IMG/VR virus record: IMGVR_UViG_3300045988_123324
Location: 54,950-118,949 of that record
Direction: 5' to 3' (one strand)
DNA: 64,000 nt
Origin: a virus
Shown here: positions 9,291-18,856 of the stretch, in pieces
Layout of the letters: each line of letters starts with the position of its first letter
How positions within the stretch are numbered: position 1 is the stretch's first letter
The notes under the pieces: generated by a model
The model's database searches: none
What the model was told of the DNA's origin: nothing
The model's input: the letters and a program-made list of their open reading frames with translations, nothing else
Program-made: the position numbers and the translations under genes

Positions 9291-9749
9291 TTAAAAATCT
9301 TTTCCTCTGTATAAAATTCTTTGATTTGAACTGCCCCTAAACTCAAGGTTTAAGTCTCTTAGTTCGTCAACATATCTTCCATCTACCAAGACATCTATAT
9401 ACTTTAGTATTTCATCCTTTCCGTTGACTTTTAGTTCTTCTAGTGTATATCCCGTGTAACACCACTTCTCCTTATTATCTATGCTTTTAGCCAATTTTAG
9501 TATAGTAGAATAGTTTTCATCTGCTAATGGCTCTCCTCCAAGAAATGAAACTCTTTCAATGTATGGTCTTGATACAAGGTAAAAAAACTTATTTTCTATT
9601 TCACTTGTCCAAATCTTTCCTTCTTGGAAGTTCCATGTTGTCTGATTAAAGCAATTTTTACAATGAAAATGGCATCCTTGCACAAACAGTGCAACACCAA
9701 TTCCACGCCCGTTGCTTATATCCATATCTCTTAAACTAGCATATCTCAT
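9291..9749 (-). CDS. nrdG: anaerobic ribonucleotide reductase activating protein (radical SAM)
   Basis: GCHFHCKNCFN Cys motif. Size is 152 aa. It overlaps the nrdD stop. Confidence 0.85.
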   Translation of the reverse strand: MRYASLRDMDISNGRGIGVALFVQGCHFHCKNCFNQTTWNFQEGKIWTSEIENKFFYLVSRPYIERVSFLGGEPLADENYSTILKLAKSIDNKEKWCYTGYTLEELKVNGKDEILKYIDVLVDGRYVDELRDLNLEFRGSSNQRILYRGKDF

Positions 9750-10749
9750 GATTATCTAAGTGAACATACCTTTCTTTTATTTCTTGTGTACGTCCTTGAT
9801 TAAAGAAATTGGTGCTCAAATATCCACAAACCCTGCGTGTTATATTCATCTTCTCATGGTTTGTGTTGCCACAATTAGGACATCTCCAATCTAGCTTTCC
9901 ATTATTATCGTAAATCTCAAACTCTCCTTCATACATACACTCATGACAGTAGTCGGATTTTGTGTTTATTTCTGCATATTGAGACGTTTCATAAATATAC
10001 TTTATGAACTGTAACAGTGCTTCTACATTATTCATCATGTTTGCACTCTCACAGTATGAGATGTTTCCTCCACCACTCAGTAATTGAAACTTAGACTCAA
10101 TAGCCAGCTTATCAAACGGATTTATCTCTTCCCCAACAAATACATGATATGAGTTTGTGATGTAATTTCTATCAGTTATTCCTTCAATCTTTCCAAACCT
10201 ACTTTGTAGACACTTAGCAAACTTATATGTGGTGGATTCTATTGGAGAACCATAAGGAGAATAATCAATATCTTCTTCTTCTTTCCATTTATTGCAAGCA
10301 TCATTAAGTTTTTGCATAACAGTAAGACCGAACTCTTCTCCTTCTGCATTGTCCGTATGTGAATGTCCAGTCATATACTTTACACACTCATATAAACCAG
10401 CATATCCTAGACTTACGGTTGCATACCCGCCTTTAATAAGTCTATCTATTGTTTCACCCGTCTTTAATCTTGCAAGCGCACCATGTTGCCATAAAATAGG
10501 TGCAACATCTGATACTGTTCCAAAAAGTCTGGATAATCTTTCCTTATGCGCCTTGTGACAAAGCTCCATTCTTTCTTCAAGTATATCCCAAAACAGATCT
10601 TTATCACCACCAGAAGATAACGCCACATCTGGTAGGTTTAATGTAACGACTCCACAATTAAAGCGACCCCAATACTTCTTACCTTTTACCCAATTATTTG
10701 CATTTGCAATGTTTGTTTCTACTCTATCTTTGGTTAAAAAACTTCTGCA
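9736..10749 (-). CDS. nrdD: anaerobic ribonucleoside-triphosphate reductase, exon 3
   Basis: The frame is open upstream of the track ORF to CRSFLTKDR... It has the C-terminal Zn site CHEC...CPNCG and the glycyl-radical region RRVCGYL. Confidence 0.85.
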   Translation of the reverse strand, partial: CRSFLTKDRVETNIANANNWVKGKKYWGRFNCGVVTLNLPDVALSSGGDKDLFWDILEERMELCHKAHKERLSRLFGTVSDVAPILWQHGALARLKTGETIDRLIKGGYATVSLGYAGLYECVKYMTGHSHTDNAEGEEFGLTVMQKLNDACNKWKEEEDIDYSPYGSPIESTTYKFAKCLQSRFGKIEGITDRNYITNSYHVFVGEEINPFDKLAIESKFQLLSGGGNISYCESANMMNNVEALLQFIKYIYETSQYAEINTKSDYCHECMYEGEFEIYDNNGKLDWRCPNCGNTNHEKMNITRRVCGYLSTNFFNQGRTQEIKERYVHLDNHEIC

Positions 10750-11508
10750 CGTTTTTATCCTATGTCACCATAGGCACTGACTATATCATAACATAGTAAC
10801 CCATGTTCTCATACGCTTCCAGCGGTGCTTATCCCCACCGTACCATCGAGTCAACCTCCCGATGCCGAGTTATTCCCTCGAAAATAGTCGATGAACTTTA
10901 TTCAACAACAAATTCCCAATCAGTATAGTTATTTCTGCTACCACTCAGAAATGTTTTGATTCTATGTCTTTCAACACCTGTAATTCTTTGTGCTTCCCGC
11001 ATAGAACTACAGTGGATTATTTCTCCTGTATATTTATTTTTCACAACAAGATTAACACTTTTCTTACTCAAGTAATACCCATTATCATAAGCGTGTTTTA
11101 TATTTTTACTATGAGTGGAACGCTCTAGGTTTTCAAGTCTATTGTCTGATTTATTACCATTTATATGATTTACAACCTGTGGATTTCCTAAAAATGTTTC
11201 CCCCATAAGCCTATGAACACGTTTCCTATACCTTTTCCCACGAATATGTAGTACACAGTGCTCATATAAATCTGTTCCAATATAAGATGAAATTAGTCTC
11301 ATTGTTTCCTTATTTAATATTTTTCCGCTTTTACTGATTGCATATTTATCGAATCTCTTTATGGTAGTAAATTCTTCGTTGTTGAATCTTAGCACAGACT
11401 CAAGTTTATTATTACTCATAATTAACTCCTATCTGTTAGCATGGCTCATGCCACACACCCAGCAAGCAACTGGTTCATATAAGTTTTACATGGGCTACAT
11501 TTACACTT
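10750..11508 (-). mobile_element. group I intron 2 in nrdD (759 nt) carrying an HNH homing endonuclease ORF
   Basis: It splits ...SCMG | CRSFL... The 5' exon ends in U and the intron ends in G. P7-like GACUAU...GAUAUAGUC core lies after the ORF. Confidence 0.8.
10898..11419 (-). CDS. HNH homing endonuclease (NUMOD4 plus HNH_3 type), intron-encoded
   Basis: FDKYAISKSGKILN (NUMOD4-like). VHRLMGETFLGNP..VNHINGNKSDNRLENLE (HNH). Confidence 0.8.
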   Translation of the reverse strand: MSNNKLESVLRFNNEEFTTIKRFDKYAISKSGKILNKETMRLISSYIGTDLYEHCVLHIRGKRYRKRVHRLMGETFLGNPQVVNHINGNKSDNRLENLERSTHSKNIKHAYDNGYYLSKKSVNLVVKNKYTGEIIHCSSMREAQRITGVERHRIKTFLSGSRNNYTDWEFVVE

Positions 11509-11817
11509 ACCCATACAACTCCAAACATCACCTTTGTTCTTTTTCATAACTTTAGCAGAGATGTAGTCTGGAACAAGTCTCTTTGCAGTGCATTTTGCTG
11601 CAAGTTTTGTTAAATACCAATATGGAGCATCTTCTGTTGTATTATCTTCATCAAGAACATAAAGGAGCTTTGGAAAAGCAATAGAAAACCTCTGCCCAAC
11701 GCTGTTTTTCATACCATCAATGCGCTGTTTGAAAAACTCCTCAATTAACATGGCAAGCTCTTCTTTATATTCTTGTTCTTCTTGTGTATACATATATATG
11801 CTTAAAAATGGCGATTG
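11509..11817 (-). CDS. nrdD: anaerobic ribonucleoside-triphosphate reductase, exon 2
   Basis: The frame begins QSPFLSIYMY... and ends ...VWSCMG. The 309 nt are in frame with exons 1 and 3. Confidence 0.8.
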
Positions 11818-12132
11818 CGGATGCCATCAATCCGTAGACTATATCTTCACCATATCACCATGTTGGTGACTTAGGTGCGGTGCGCTTCGGGTAATGAACT
11901 TTCACCACTACCCTACTCTACTCATTTACTCCCTAATAAATTATTAGGTACACTTTCGATAGTCGTTGCACTTTTCTGCTTTCACAGACTTAGCACAGGA
12001 TTAGTTCCCTTCCCCTGTTAGCATGATACCGAGTTGTCATTTCCTACAACGCCTAAACGTGTATCATACACCCTAGATTTCTAAGTTCACACCGTTCAAA
12101 TATAGTGTTTCCACCATACCGAGCCAATCTTA
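11818..12132 (-). mobile_element. group I intron 1 in nrdD (315 nt, no ORF)
   Basis: It splits ...MTNVNG | QSPF... The 5' exon ends in U and the intron ends in G. Core ACGACUAUCGAAAG ... GAUAUAGUC matches that of intron 2. Confidence 0.75.
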
Positions 12133-12984
12133 ACCATTAACATTGGTCATACTATTTAGTTGATAATTAAATGTCTGAACACTATCACTTACTTCCTTCT
12201 TTATATCAATATCTGCAAACTTATTTGCCTGTTCCTCCGATAAGCCATTTTCTATGTACTTTTTATAATATAGTTTTCTGCTATCTCTTACAAATGGCGA
12301 TAAATGTCCCAAACAAACAGAAGCACCACCGTAACTCATAGAAGTAACTGCAAGTATTATTTGTGTTGCTATGGTAGTCGCAGTTAAAAGTCTGTGTGGT
12401 TTATCAATTCTAACACCGTTTATTACTGTACCATTTTGTAACATATCATCAAGATTTATTAACTCGCAATTATGTATTCTCTGGCAACTATAGTCCATAT
12501 CGTGTATATGGATGACACCATCGTTATGTGCTTGAATAACATCTGGTGAGAATATATATCGCTCTGCAATATCCTTGCTGACAACTCCTGCTATATAATC
12601 CCTTTTAGTGCTAACAAGAAGTGAGTTTTTATTTGAGTTCTCTTCTTTCCAATATTCACTTTTATCCCCGATCAAGTCCTTTAGTTCTTCATCCACAGTG
12701 TTCTTTGATCTTTGAAACTCTCTGATACTCCTATATCCTTCATAGGACTTTGCTGTTAGCTTTTGCTTATGCGAGATTAGCTTTGAGAATACAAGCGTCT
12801 CTATCTCTTGTATAGTTACAAGTTCCTTGTCTGATTCTATCAGCTCATTTTCAATTTCATCTGCTATATTATTTGCGATCTTTTCTGAATAAACATTTCC
12901 TGCTCTCATGGCTTTTAGTATAGCAACACTGATTTTATTCTTATCAAAAGCAACTATTCGTCCGTCACGTTTTTCTACTTTCAT
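12133..12984 (-). CDS. nrdD: anaerobic ribonucleoside-triphosphate reductase, exon 1 (ATP-cone plus N-terminal part)
   Basis: MKVEKRDGRIVAFDKNKI (ATP-cone). The reading frame stops right after the conserved NG. Confidence 0.85.
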
Positions 12985-12996
12985 TTAATTCCTCCC

Positions 12997-13368
12997 TCAA
13001 AATGCCATGTCATATCTTATGTTTTCTTCTTTTTCTTTTCTTACAGTTGCATACTTCTTTAGATTTTCTTCATATGCTATGCTCCTATATCCGTAAGTTA
13101 TGCTTCTTACAACCTGTTCTATTCTTGCTTCTTCTGGAAACTTCTCAAGAACATTTAGTTGCATATTCCATGATATTTTTGAAGGAAACAGGTGTTTCTC
13201 TCTGCACATATCTAAAAACACATTTAACTGTAAGAGTAGCTTTTTGTCCTTGCCAAATCGTTCAGCAGCCATTTCCCTAAGACCAACCTTCTTTGGTTTT
13301 TCAGTCTTTGACTTCTGAATACGCATTGGCTTTGGTTTAACTAAACTCAAGTCACCAAACAGAGCCAT
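12997..13368 (-). CDS. hypothetical protein, possibly a DnaD-like replisome organizer, with a conserved C-terminal tail
   Basis: AAGGAG RBS. The C-terminal RKEKEENIRYDMAF is near-identical to the tail of the 56311-56745 product. Confidence 0.5.
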   Translation of the reverse strand: MALFGDLSLVKPKPMRIQKSKTEKPKKVGLREMAAERFGKDKKLLLQLNVFLDMCREKHLFPSKISWNMQLNVLEKFPEEARIEQVVRSITYGYRSIAYEENLKKYATVRKEKEENIRYDMAF

Positions 13369-13389
13369 TTAATCACTCCTTAGACATAA

Positions 13390-13408
13390 AAAGGGCTTAT
13401 AGCCCTTA
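13390..13408 (-). terminator. intrinsic terminator or attenuator hairpin inside a 5' leader
   Basis: Minus strand AAGGGCU-AUA-AGCCCUU followed by UUUAU, located 10 nt upstream of the RBS of 12997-13368. Confidence 0.5.
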
Positions 13409-13521
13409 TTGATTTTGATGTTATATGTAGCCCAACCACGCTACATACCGTATGAACCTACCCGCGCTTCCTTTCATATATGTTGTGTAGCAAACTGTTC
13501 ATTCCTCAACATCATGTATAT

Positions 13522-13550
13522 ATTTTACCACAAATCTATCTCGCAGTCAA
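13522..13550 (-). promoter_or_regulatory. sigma-A-type promoter with extended -10
   Basis: Minus strand TTGACT, 17-nt spacer, TGgTAAAAT. Confidence 0.5.
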
Positions 13551-13563
13551 TAGCCTCATGTAA

Positions 13564-13773
13564 TCACTTTTGTAAAGACTCTGCTGTGTCCAAAATCTGT
13601 TCATCAACCTTGCTGTTGCAATAGTCATATAACTTATCAACATATTCTTTCTTTTCATCATCACTCATGTTTTCTGTATTTGCTTCTACAGACATTTCAT
13701 AAGTAAAAAATGAATCTCCTAGTTTTTCTGACCGTCTGCTTGCAACTGTGACTTTTGTAATTCGTTCCATCAT
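13564..13773 (-). CDS. hypothetical protein (69 aa)
   Basis: ORF overlapping the upstream stop (ATGA). Confidence 0.45.
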   Translation of the reverse strand: MMERITKVTVASRRSEKLGDSFFTYEMSVEANTENMSDDEKKEYVDKLYDYCNSKVDEQILDTAESLQK

Positions 13774-14111
13774 TTATTTTTCTCCCTAAAAGATACTGAA
13801 TATGTTCTTGAAACATCGACACAACCAGAAAATTCTTCTGCTGAAATTTCCCCACTAGCCAGAGAATCTTCTAGTTTTTCTTCATCAATTACTGTTTTTA
13901 GTAACCACTTTGCACCTATCTTCTTGGCAATCTCTGTTGCCTTTTCTTGATTTAGTCTCTGCGTGACACGCTCTTTTACTAATGCAACATATCTTTCTCC
14001 ATCTGAACTTCCTTCTCCTGCCGACTTAATATCAGCTTTCAGATCATTCAACTCTTTTGTGAGTTCAGTAATATGCTTATTTAGTTCAGCGGCTCTATCA
14101 ATCTTGTTCAT
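13770..14111 (-). CDS. hypothetical coiled-coil protein
   Basis: 113-aa ORF with an N-terminal heptad-like region. Confidence 0.45.
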   Translation of the reverse strand: MNKIDRAAELNKHITELTKELNDLKADIKSAGEGSSDGERYVALVKERVTQRLNQEKATEIAKKIGAKWLLKTVIDEEKLEDSLASGEISAEEFSGCVDVSRTYSVSFREKNK

Positions 14112-14605
14112 TATTTATCCTCTGTGTATAGATGCAGTCTCATAGCCCACTTAATTGGAACAAATTTTGTCTTAAACCACAACTTAATACGTTTTGTATT
14201 CAACTTATCAACACTGCACGGAAACTCAATTTTCTTACTACTTTCATTACAGTGAAAGTACAAATCATCCATTGGTTCTTTAAACACATATGCATTATTA
14301 TATCGAGCAACACCATTTTCCATGAAAACAGAAGGGCATCGTATATTTTGCTTAACCCCATCAAATGATTCCTTCCATTCCCAATCTTCTACTGTAAGAT
14401 TTGTAAGTGGTTTATAGTCAATAAGATCACAAATAATGTCCTTAACGTATGCTATAGACATTCCAGAATGTCCCTGTTTCTCAAGAACTTTAATGACTTC
14501 TAAAATATTTTCATTTATTCGTCTTTGTAGCTCTTTTTCACTATCACCATCACAACTATTCTCAATAATTTCTAGTTCTCTCTTAGCAAATTCGTAAGCT
14601 GACAT
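14111..14605 (-). CDS. hypothetical protein (164 aa)
   Basis: ORF in a co-directional array. Confidence 0.45.
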   Translation of the reverse strand: MSAYEFAKRELEIIENSCDGDSEKELQRRINENILEVIKVLEKQGHSGMSIAYVKDIICDLIDYKPLTNLTVEDWEWKESFDGVKQNIRCPSVFMENGVARYNNAYVFKEPMDDLYFHCNESSKKIEFPCSVDKLNTKRIKLWFKTKFVPIKWAMRLHLYTEDK

Positions 14606-14607
14606 AA

Positions 14608-15126
14608 TTACCCCTTTACATAAACAGTTGTTGTATACCTTCCTTTTTGGATTGCCTCTGATTCTGAATCTACAAAAATATCAATAACATTTCCACCCAT
14701 TCCTCCGCGATCTTCCACAACGAAATCTTTTCCGTTAATTTCTACAATCGTACCTAGTGGAAGAGAATTACACGCAACTGTTCTCCCCGCAACTGGATAT
14801 GCACCGCTTGCTGTGTTGTTTCCAGTATGCGTATAATGAGTGATTTCAAACACAGCAGCTTCACCCTGCTCACTCTTTTCCTCTTCTCTCTTTACTTCCA
14901 TATTTTGCTTTTCTTGTTGCTCAATATAGAGTAAATCATTGATTCTTTGTAGCTCAACTTTCATTTCTGTAAGTTCCTTTTCGTTATCATATAACATCTG
15001 TTGCTGTTTGTCAACAGTTTTTTCCAGTTCTTCCTTCTGATTTTCTATTCCAATCACTATAAACATACTTATACTCAAAAGTATTACCAATATAGCATAC
15101 TTAACATATTTATTTACCCGTGTCAT
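14608..15126 (-). CDS. membrane-anchored 3D-domain (RlpA-like double-psi barrel) protein
   Basis: N-terminal TM segment, a coiled coil, and the C-terminal TASGAYPVAGRTVACNSLPLGT...VVEDRGG...IDIFVDS. Confidence 0.6.
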   Translation of the reverse strand: MTRVNKYVKYAILVILLSISMFIVIGIENQKEELEKTVDKQQQMLYDNEKELTEMKVELQRINDLLYIEQQEKQNMEVKREEEKSEQGEAAVFEITHYTHTGNNTASGAYPVAGRTVACNSLPLGTIVEINGKDFVVEDRGGMGGNVIDIFVDSESEAIQKGRYTTTVYVKG

Positions 15127-16834
15127 TCACATTCCCCTTTTCTATATTTCCTTCGCCTGTTAGCATATATCTAATAACATCTTTATTTCTTACGTCATAT
15201 TTAGCATCAACAATAGAATCGGACATAACACCCTTTTTCATAACAAGTTTATGGATGTATTCATCTATTGTGTCTTTTGCCATAAGTGTAATTATATTAA
15301 TTGAAGATGTTGTACCTATTCTATGTGCTCTATCTTCTGCTTGTTCTTTTGCCGCCCTAGTATATGGCTCATCCATGAATATAACTGTTGTCGCTTTTGT
15401 AAGCGTCAATCCAGTACCCATAGCAGCTACAGTTCCTATCAGTATATGACAACTATCATCTTCCATGAATTTCTTTTTCTGTCTTTCCCTATCCTTCACC
15501 TTGCCAGTTATTACAGCCATTTTGTATTCTTGTAGTTCTCGCTCAAGAATATCTGTTACTATTGTCCAAGATGAAAATATTAGACAGCTATCTCCATTAT
15601 CAACAATCTCTTTTACAATCTCTTTTAATCTATCAATCTTTGCAGATTCATGTATCGTTGATGAAAGTATTGAAGTATCTGCTGTTGCCTGTCTTAGCCT
15701 TATCATCTGTCCTAGTGGATCTGGTGACAGACTAATCTCGTCAATATTCTCCATAATCATCTTTAATACATCATCATAGATTTTTCTTTGCTTTTTCCCA
15801 AGTTCTACATATTCATCAATATATATCTTTGGGGGAAGATTTAATACATCAGACTTTTTCTTTCGCAAGCTAACTGAATCAAGTTTTTGTTGTAACTCAC
15901 TAAGATTTTTATAAGAAACTACCTCATATCCCCCAAAGCCCCCATAATTTGCATAGCGGTGAGAAAATCCATATAAATTTGATTTTTCTTTATCAACCAG
16001 TTTCAACGGAACATACAAATCAAGAGGACTATTCATCAACGGTGTACCAGTAAGTCCATAAAAATATTTTACATACTTAGATAGTAATAACAATGCTTTT
16101 CCTTGTTGGCTTGAGCTACTTTTGCAACACTGAATTTCATCGAATATAATCATCTCGATTACATTCTTCTTCATTAGATCTTTTAGCTTATCTCTTATCT
16201 CCTTATTTCTAAGAGATTCTACATTGGTAACAAGGAAAAATTCATTAAAGTCATTTAGGTCATCTAGCTTATCTTTTGTGCTACCAGATACCCATGTCCC
16301 TTTTTTATTTTTTCTGCTCCCAATCACTTTGACACTAGAAGTTGTGTGTTGTTCAACCTCATTCTTCCACGTATATTTCATGCCGTTTATGCCAGAAATA
16401 ACTAAACAGTGTTTAACCTGACCAAGTTCTTTTCTCTTGAGTGCCACAGCAATAGTAGTCAACCCTTTACCCATACCCATGTCATATAGCAATAAGTATT
16501 TATCAAAAGACAACAACTCATCTATTCCTTCTTTTTGATATGGATATGGTTTTGTTTTTAATTCTTTGGCAAGAGTATGTTTTACAATAACTTTCTCCCC
16601 AAATTTTTTATTATTTACTGGCTCACCAACAACATCAAAAGATTCCAGCCGTAGTTTCTCCTGGAGTTTTGACAATACATCAAATGGCATCTCCCAACTC
16701 TTGTCTTTTGGATTATATACACGCTCTGGAAAACTTCTGATAACATCTACAATGATCGCTTTATACGGAAATGAAACAAATATACTCTGTTCACATGATA
16801 GCTTTTTTGGCTCTCCATATCTTACAGAAATCAT
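15110..16834 (-). CDS. SNF2-family helicase
   Basis: Motifs DMGMGKGLT (I), IFDEIQCCK (II), LTGTPLMNSPLDLY (III), and C-terminal GTGLTLTKATTVIFMDEPYT...QAEDRAHRIG. Confidence 0.85.
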   Translation of the reverse strand: MISVRYGEPKKLSCEQSIFVSFPYKAIIVDVIRSFPERVYNPKDKSWEMPFDVLSKLQEKLRLESFDVVGEPVNNKKFGEKVIVKHTLAKELKTKPYPYQKEGIDELLSFDKYLLLYDMGMGKGLTTIAVALKRKELGQVKHCLVISGINGMKYTWKNEVEQHTTSSVKVIGSRKNKKGTWVSGSTKDKLDDLNDFNEFFLVTNVESLRNKEIRDKLKDLMKKNVIEMIIFDEIQCCKSSSSQQGKALLLLSKYVKYFYGLTGTPLMNSPLDLYVPLKLVDKEKSNLYGFSHRYANYGGFGGYEVVSYKNLSELQQKLDSVSLRKKKSDVLNLPPKIYIDEYVELGKKQRKIYDDVLKMIMENIDEISLSPDPLGQMIRLRQATADTSILSSTIHESAKIDRLKEIVKEIVDNGDSCLIFSSWTIVTDILERELQEYKMAVITGKVKDRERQKKKFMEDDSCHILIGTVAAMGTGLTLTKATTVIFMDEPYTRAAKEQAEDRAHRIGTTSSINIITLMAKDTIDEYIHKLVMKKGVMSDSIVDAKYDVRNKDVIRYMLTGEGNIEKGNVNDTGK

Positions 16835-17094
16835 TCATCTTCATCCTCTATCTCATATGATTCTAAATGGACAGAATCCTTATCTACTTCTACAATTTCG
16901 TCTGAAAATTCTAGCCCATGAAGTAACTCATTCTTGTGCCGTTTCCAAAACTTCTTTGCTTCTTTCTTCGATTCAAACAATCCAGTGATTCCCTCTCTAA
17001 GAGGAAACCACTGTAAATAAATATCGTCAGCATAGCAAAGAATCCTATCATTATTTGCATTTACACCGTCTGCAACAATGTTAAATGTTGTCAT
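16831..17094 (-). CDS. hypothetical protein
   Basis: GGGAGAAG RBS before ATG 17092-17094 (MTTFNIVADG...). Confidence 0.45.
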   Translation of the reverse strand: MTTFNIVADGVNANNDRILCYADDIYLQWFPLREGITGLFESKKEAKKFWKRHKNELLHGLEFSDEIVEVDKDSVHLESYEIEDEDE

Positions 17095-18760
17095 AAAACT
17101 TCTCCCACTTTGTATTACCACTCCTATATACTTTGCAAGCACCCAACTTCAACATAACATAATCTTCTTTATTTGGTGCATCTTTGTCATATGCTTCTTG
17201 CAACAATTCTGGAAAGTCTCTTTTAAGATTTTTAAGTCTACAAGCCTCTCGTTTTATTTCTTTCCCGCCGATATACCAATAGTATCGCGGAGTACACTGA
17301 CCACTGTTTGTAAAACCAAGTCTCTCATAAATATTTCCAACGAAATAGTCATTCATGCTATAGCTAAGAATATAGGTTGGTTTATAGTCTTTTTCAAATG
17401 CTTTCAACAATTTATTTGCACCACCAACAACAGTATAACCATCTTTAACACAATATCTGTGCAATTCATATTGCCCCTCTTTAGTTTTATTCATTCGTAG
17501 TTTTCCAAATGACATTACCGCAAGCAATTCATCGTTATGAAATAATCCATAATTTATCTTCATTGTTGCTTTATTTGCACCTTGTATATGATACTTGTCA
17601 ACAAAATCACAAGCAACCTCATCATCAATAATTGAAACAACACACTTTCTTGCAAAAATCTTATTTTGTGCGGCAATAAGCGACTTAATATACATTTTTA
17701 TTTTCTCTTTATTATTTTCCCAGTCTACATCAAATATTGTAATAAGATGTATACCTGATTTCTTTGATTCCAAAAACTTATCTCTATGATAATATTTATC
17801 TTTATCAGAGTAGATACTTCCGTAGGTTGAGTGGAAAGCAGATCCACAATATTCAATTCCAATATTCTTTTCTGCTATCAAAATATCAATTTCCTTCCCG
17901 TGCAAAATCTTTCTGTCATGCTTTATGGTATCTACGCCAATATCAGCCACAAAATCTCCTATTTCATTTTCTGCCTTTGACCCGTTGTGTGAAACACTAT
18001 TGCACCCACAAGAACTAATAAACCCATTTTTTACTTTATATGGATCATAGATTCTCTCATTTCCGCAATCACATTTAAACTTCCACATAGCCCTTCCATT
18101 AATATATCCTGCATACTCAACCGCAACCAACATATTAAATCTACGATCTTTTATATCAATAAGATTTTCTCTTGCTAGTTCTCTTCGCAAGCATCCACAA
18201 GACCTTGTTACACCGTCAACTAAATATGCACGGCTTACAATCTTTGTGTTTCCACAGTCGCACTGGCAGAACCAATATGGCATACCGTCTTTTACGTGAT
18301 GAATATAAATAGGTTTAAGCCTATCAAATTTATCTTTTGATAAATCCTTATATTTCCCAGTGTTTAATTCTTTTGCATTTTTTGATGCAATTTCCTTATG
18401 TAGGCAACCGCAAGACTGAGTGTTTTTTGTTCTAAGATTACCTGCACTAACAACAACTTCATTCCCACACTCACACTTGCACCTATATTTATTACCTTCA
18501 AGTCTTTCAATAGGCATTAACCTACCACAGGGTACACCAACAAGAGATTTGACTAGCTTTTCTTGTGGCTTGTAGCACTTTCCACAAGATACAATCCTCT
18601 TATTCGTTAGATGGCTATATCTAATTACTTTTTCTGTGCCACAATCACATCGACAAAGATAGTAAAACTGGTATCTCGAATCTTGATGGTCAAAGGCAAT
18701 TATTTTCAGTCTTTCAAACCTTTCTCCAATATGAATATTTGGATCTGTCTTTTTTCTCAT
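17081..18760 (-). CDS. free-standing homing-endonuclease-like protein: four tandem zinc-ribbon modules, a Vsr/DUF559-like nuclease and a GNAT-like C-terminal domain
   Basis: Four repeats of F.rL....(W/Y).C.C(D/E)CG......L......SCG(C/K)C. These are followed by GKEIDILIAEKNIGIEYCGSAFH and then YHIQG...VVGGANKLL. Confidence 0.6.
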   Translation of the reverse strand: MRKKTDPNIHIGERFERLKIIAFDHQDSRYQFYYLCRCDCGTEKVIRYSHLTNKRIVSCGKCYKPQEKLVKSLVGVPCGRLMPIERLEGNKYRCKCECGNEVVVSAGNLRTKNTQSCGCLHKEIASKNAKELNTGKYKDLSKDKFDRLKPIYIHHVKDGMPYWFCQCDCGNTKIVSRAYLVDGVTRSCGCLRRELARENLIDIKDRRFNMLVAVEYAGYINGRAMWKFKCDCGNERIYDPYKVKNGFISSCGCNSVSHNGSKAENEIGDFVADIGVDTIKHDRKILHGKEIDILIAEKNIGIEYCGSAFHSTYGSIYSDKDKYYHRDKFLESKKSGIHLITIFDVDWENNKEKIKMYIKSLIAAQNKIFARKCVVSIIDDEVACDFVDKYHIQGANKATMKINYGLFHNDELLAVMSFGKLRMNKTKEGQYELHRYCVKDGYTVVGGANKLLKAFEKDYKPTYILSYSMNDYFVGNIYERLGFTNSGQCTPRYYWYIGGKEIKREACRLKNLKRDFPELLQEAYDKDAPNKEDYVMLKLGACKVYRSGNTKWEKFYDNI

Positions 18761-18856
18761 TTTTATCTCCTCCTTGTATTATAATAACACAAGTTGGAAA
18801 TGTTGTCAACAAAAAAAAATAAGACCCATTTCTGAGTCCTATTTTTGTTGTATTCA

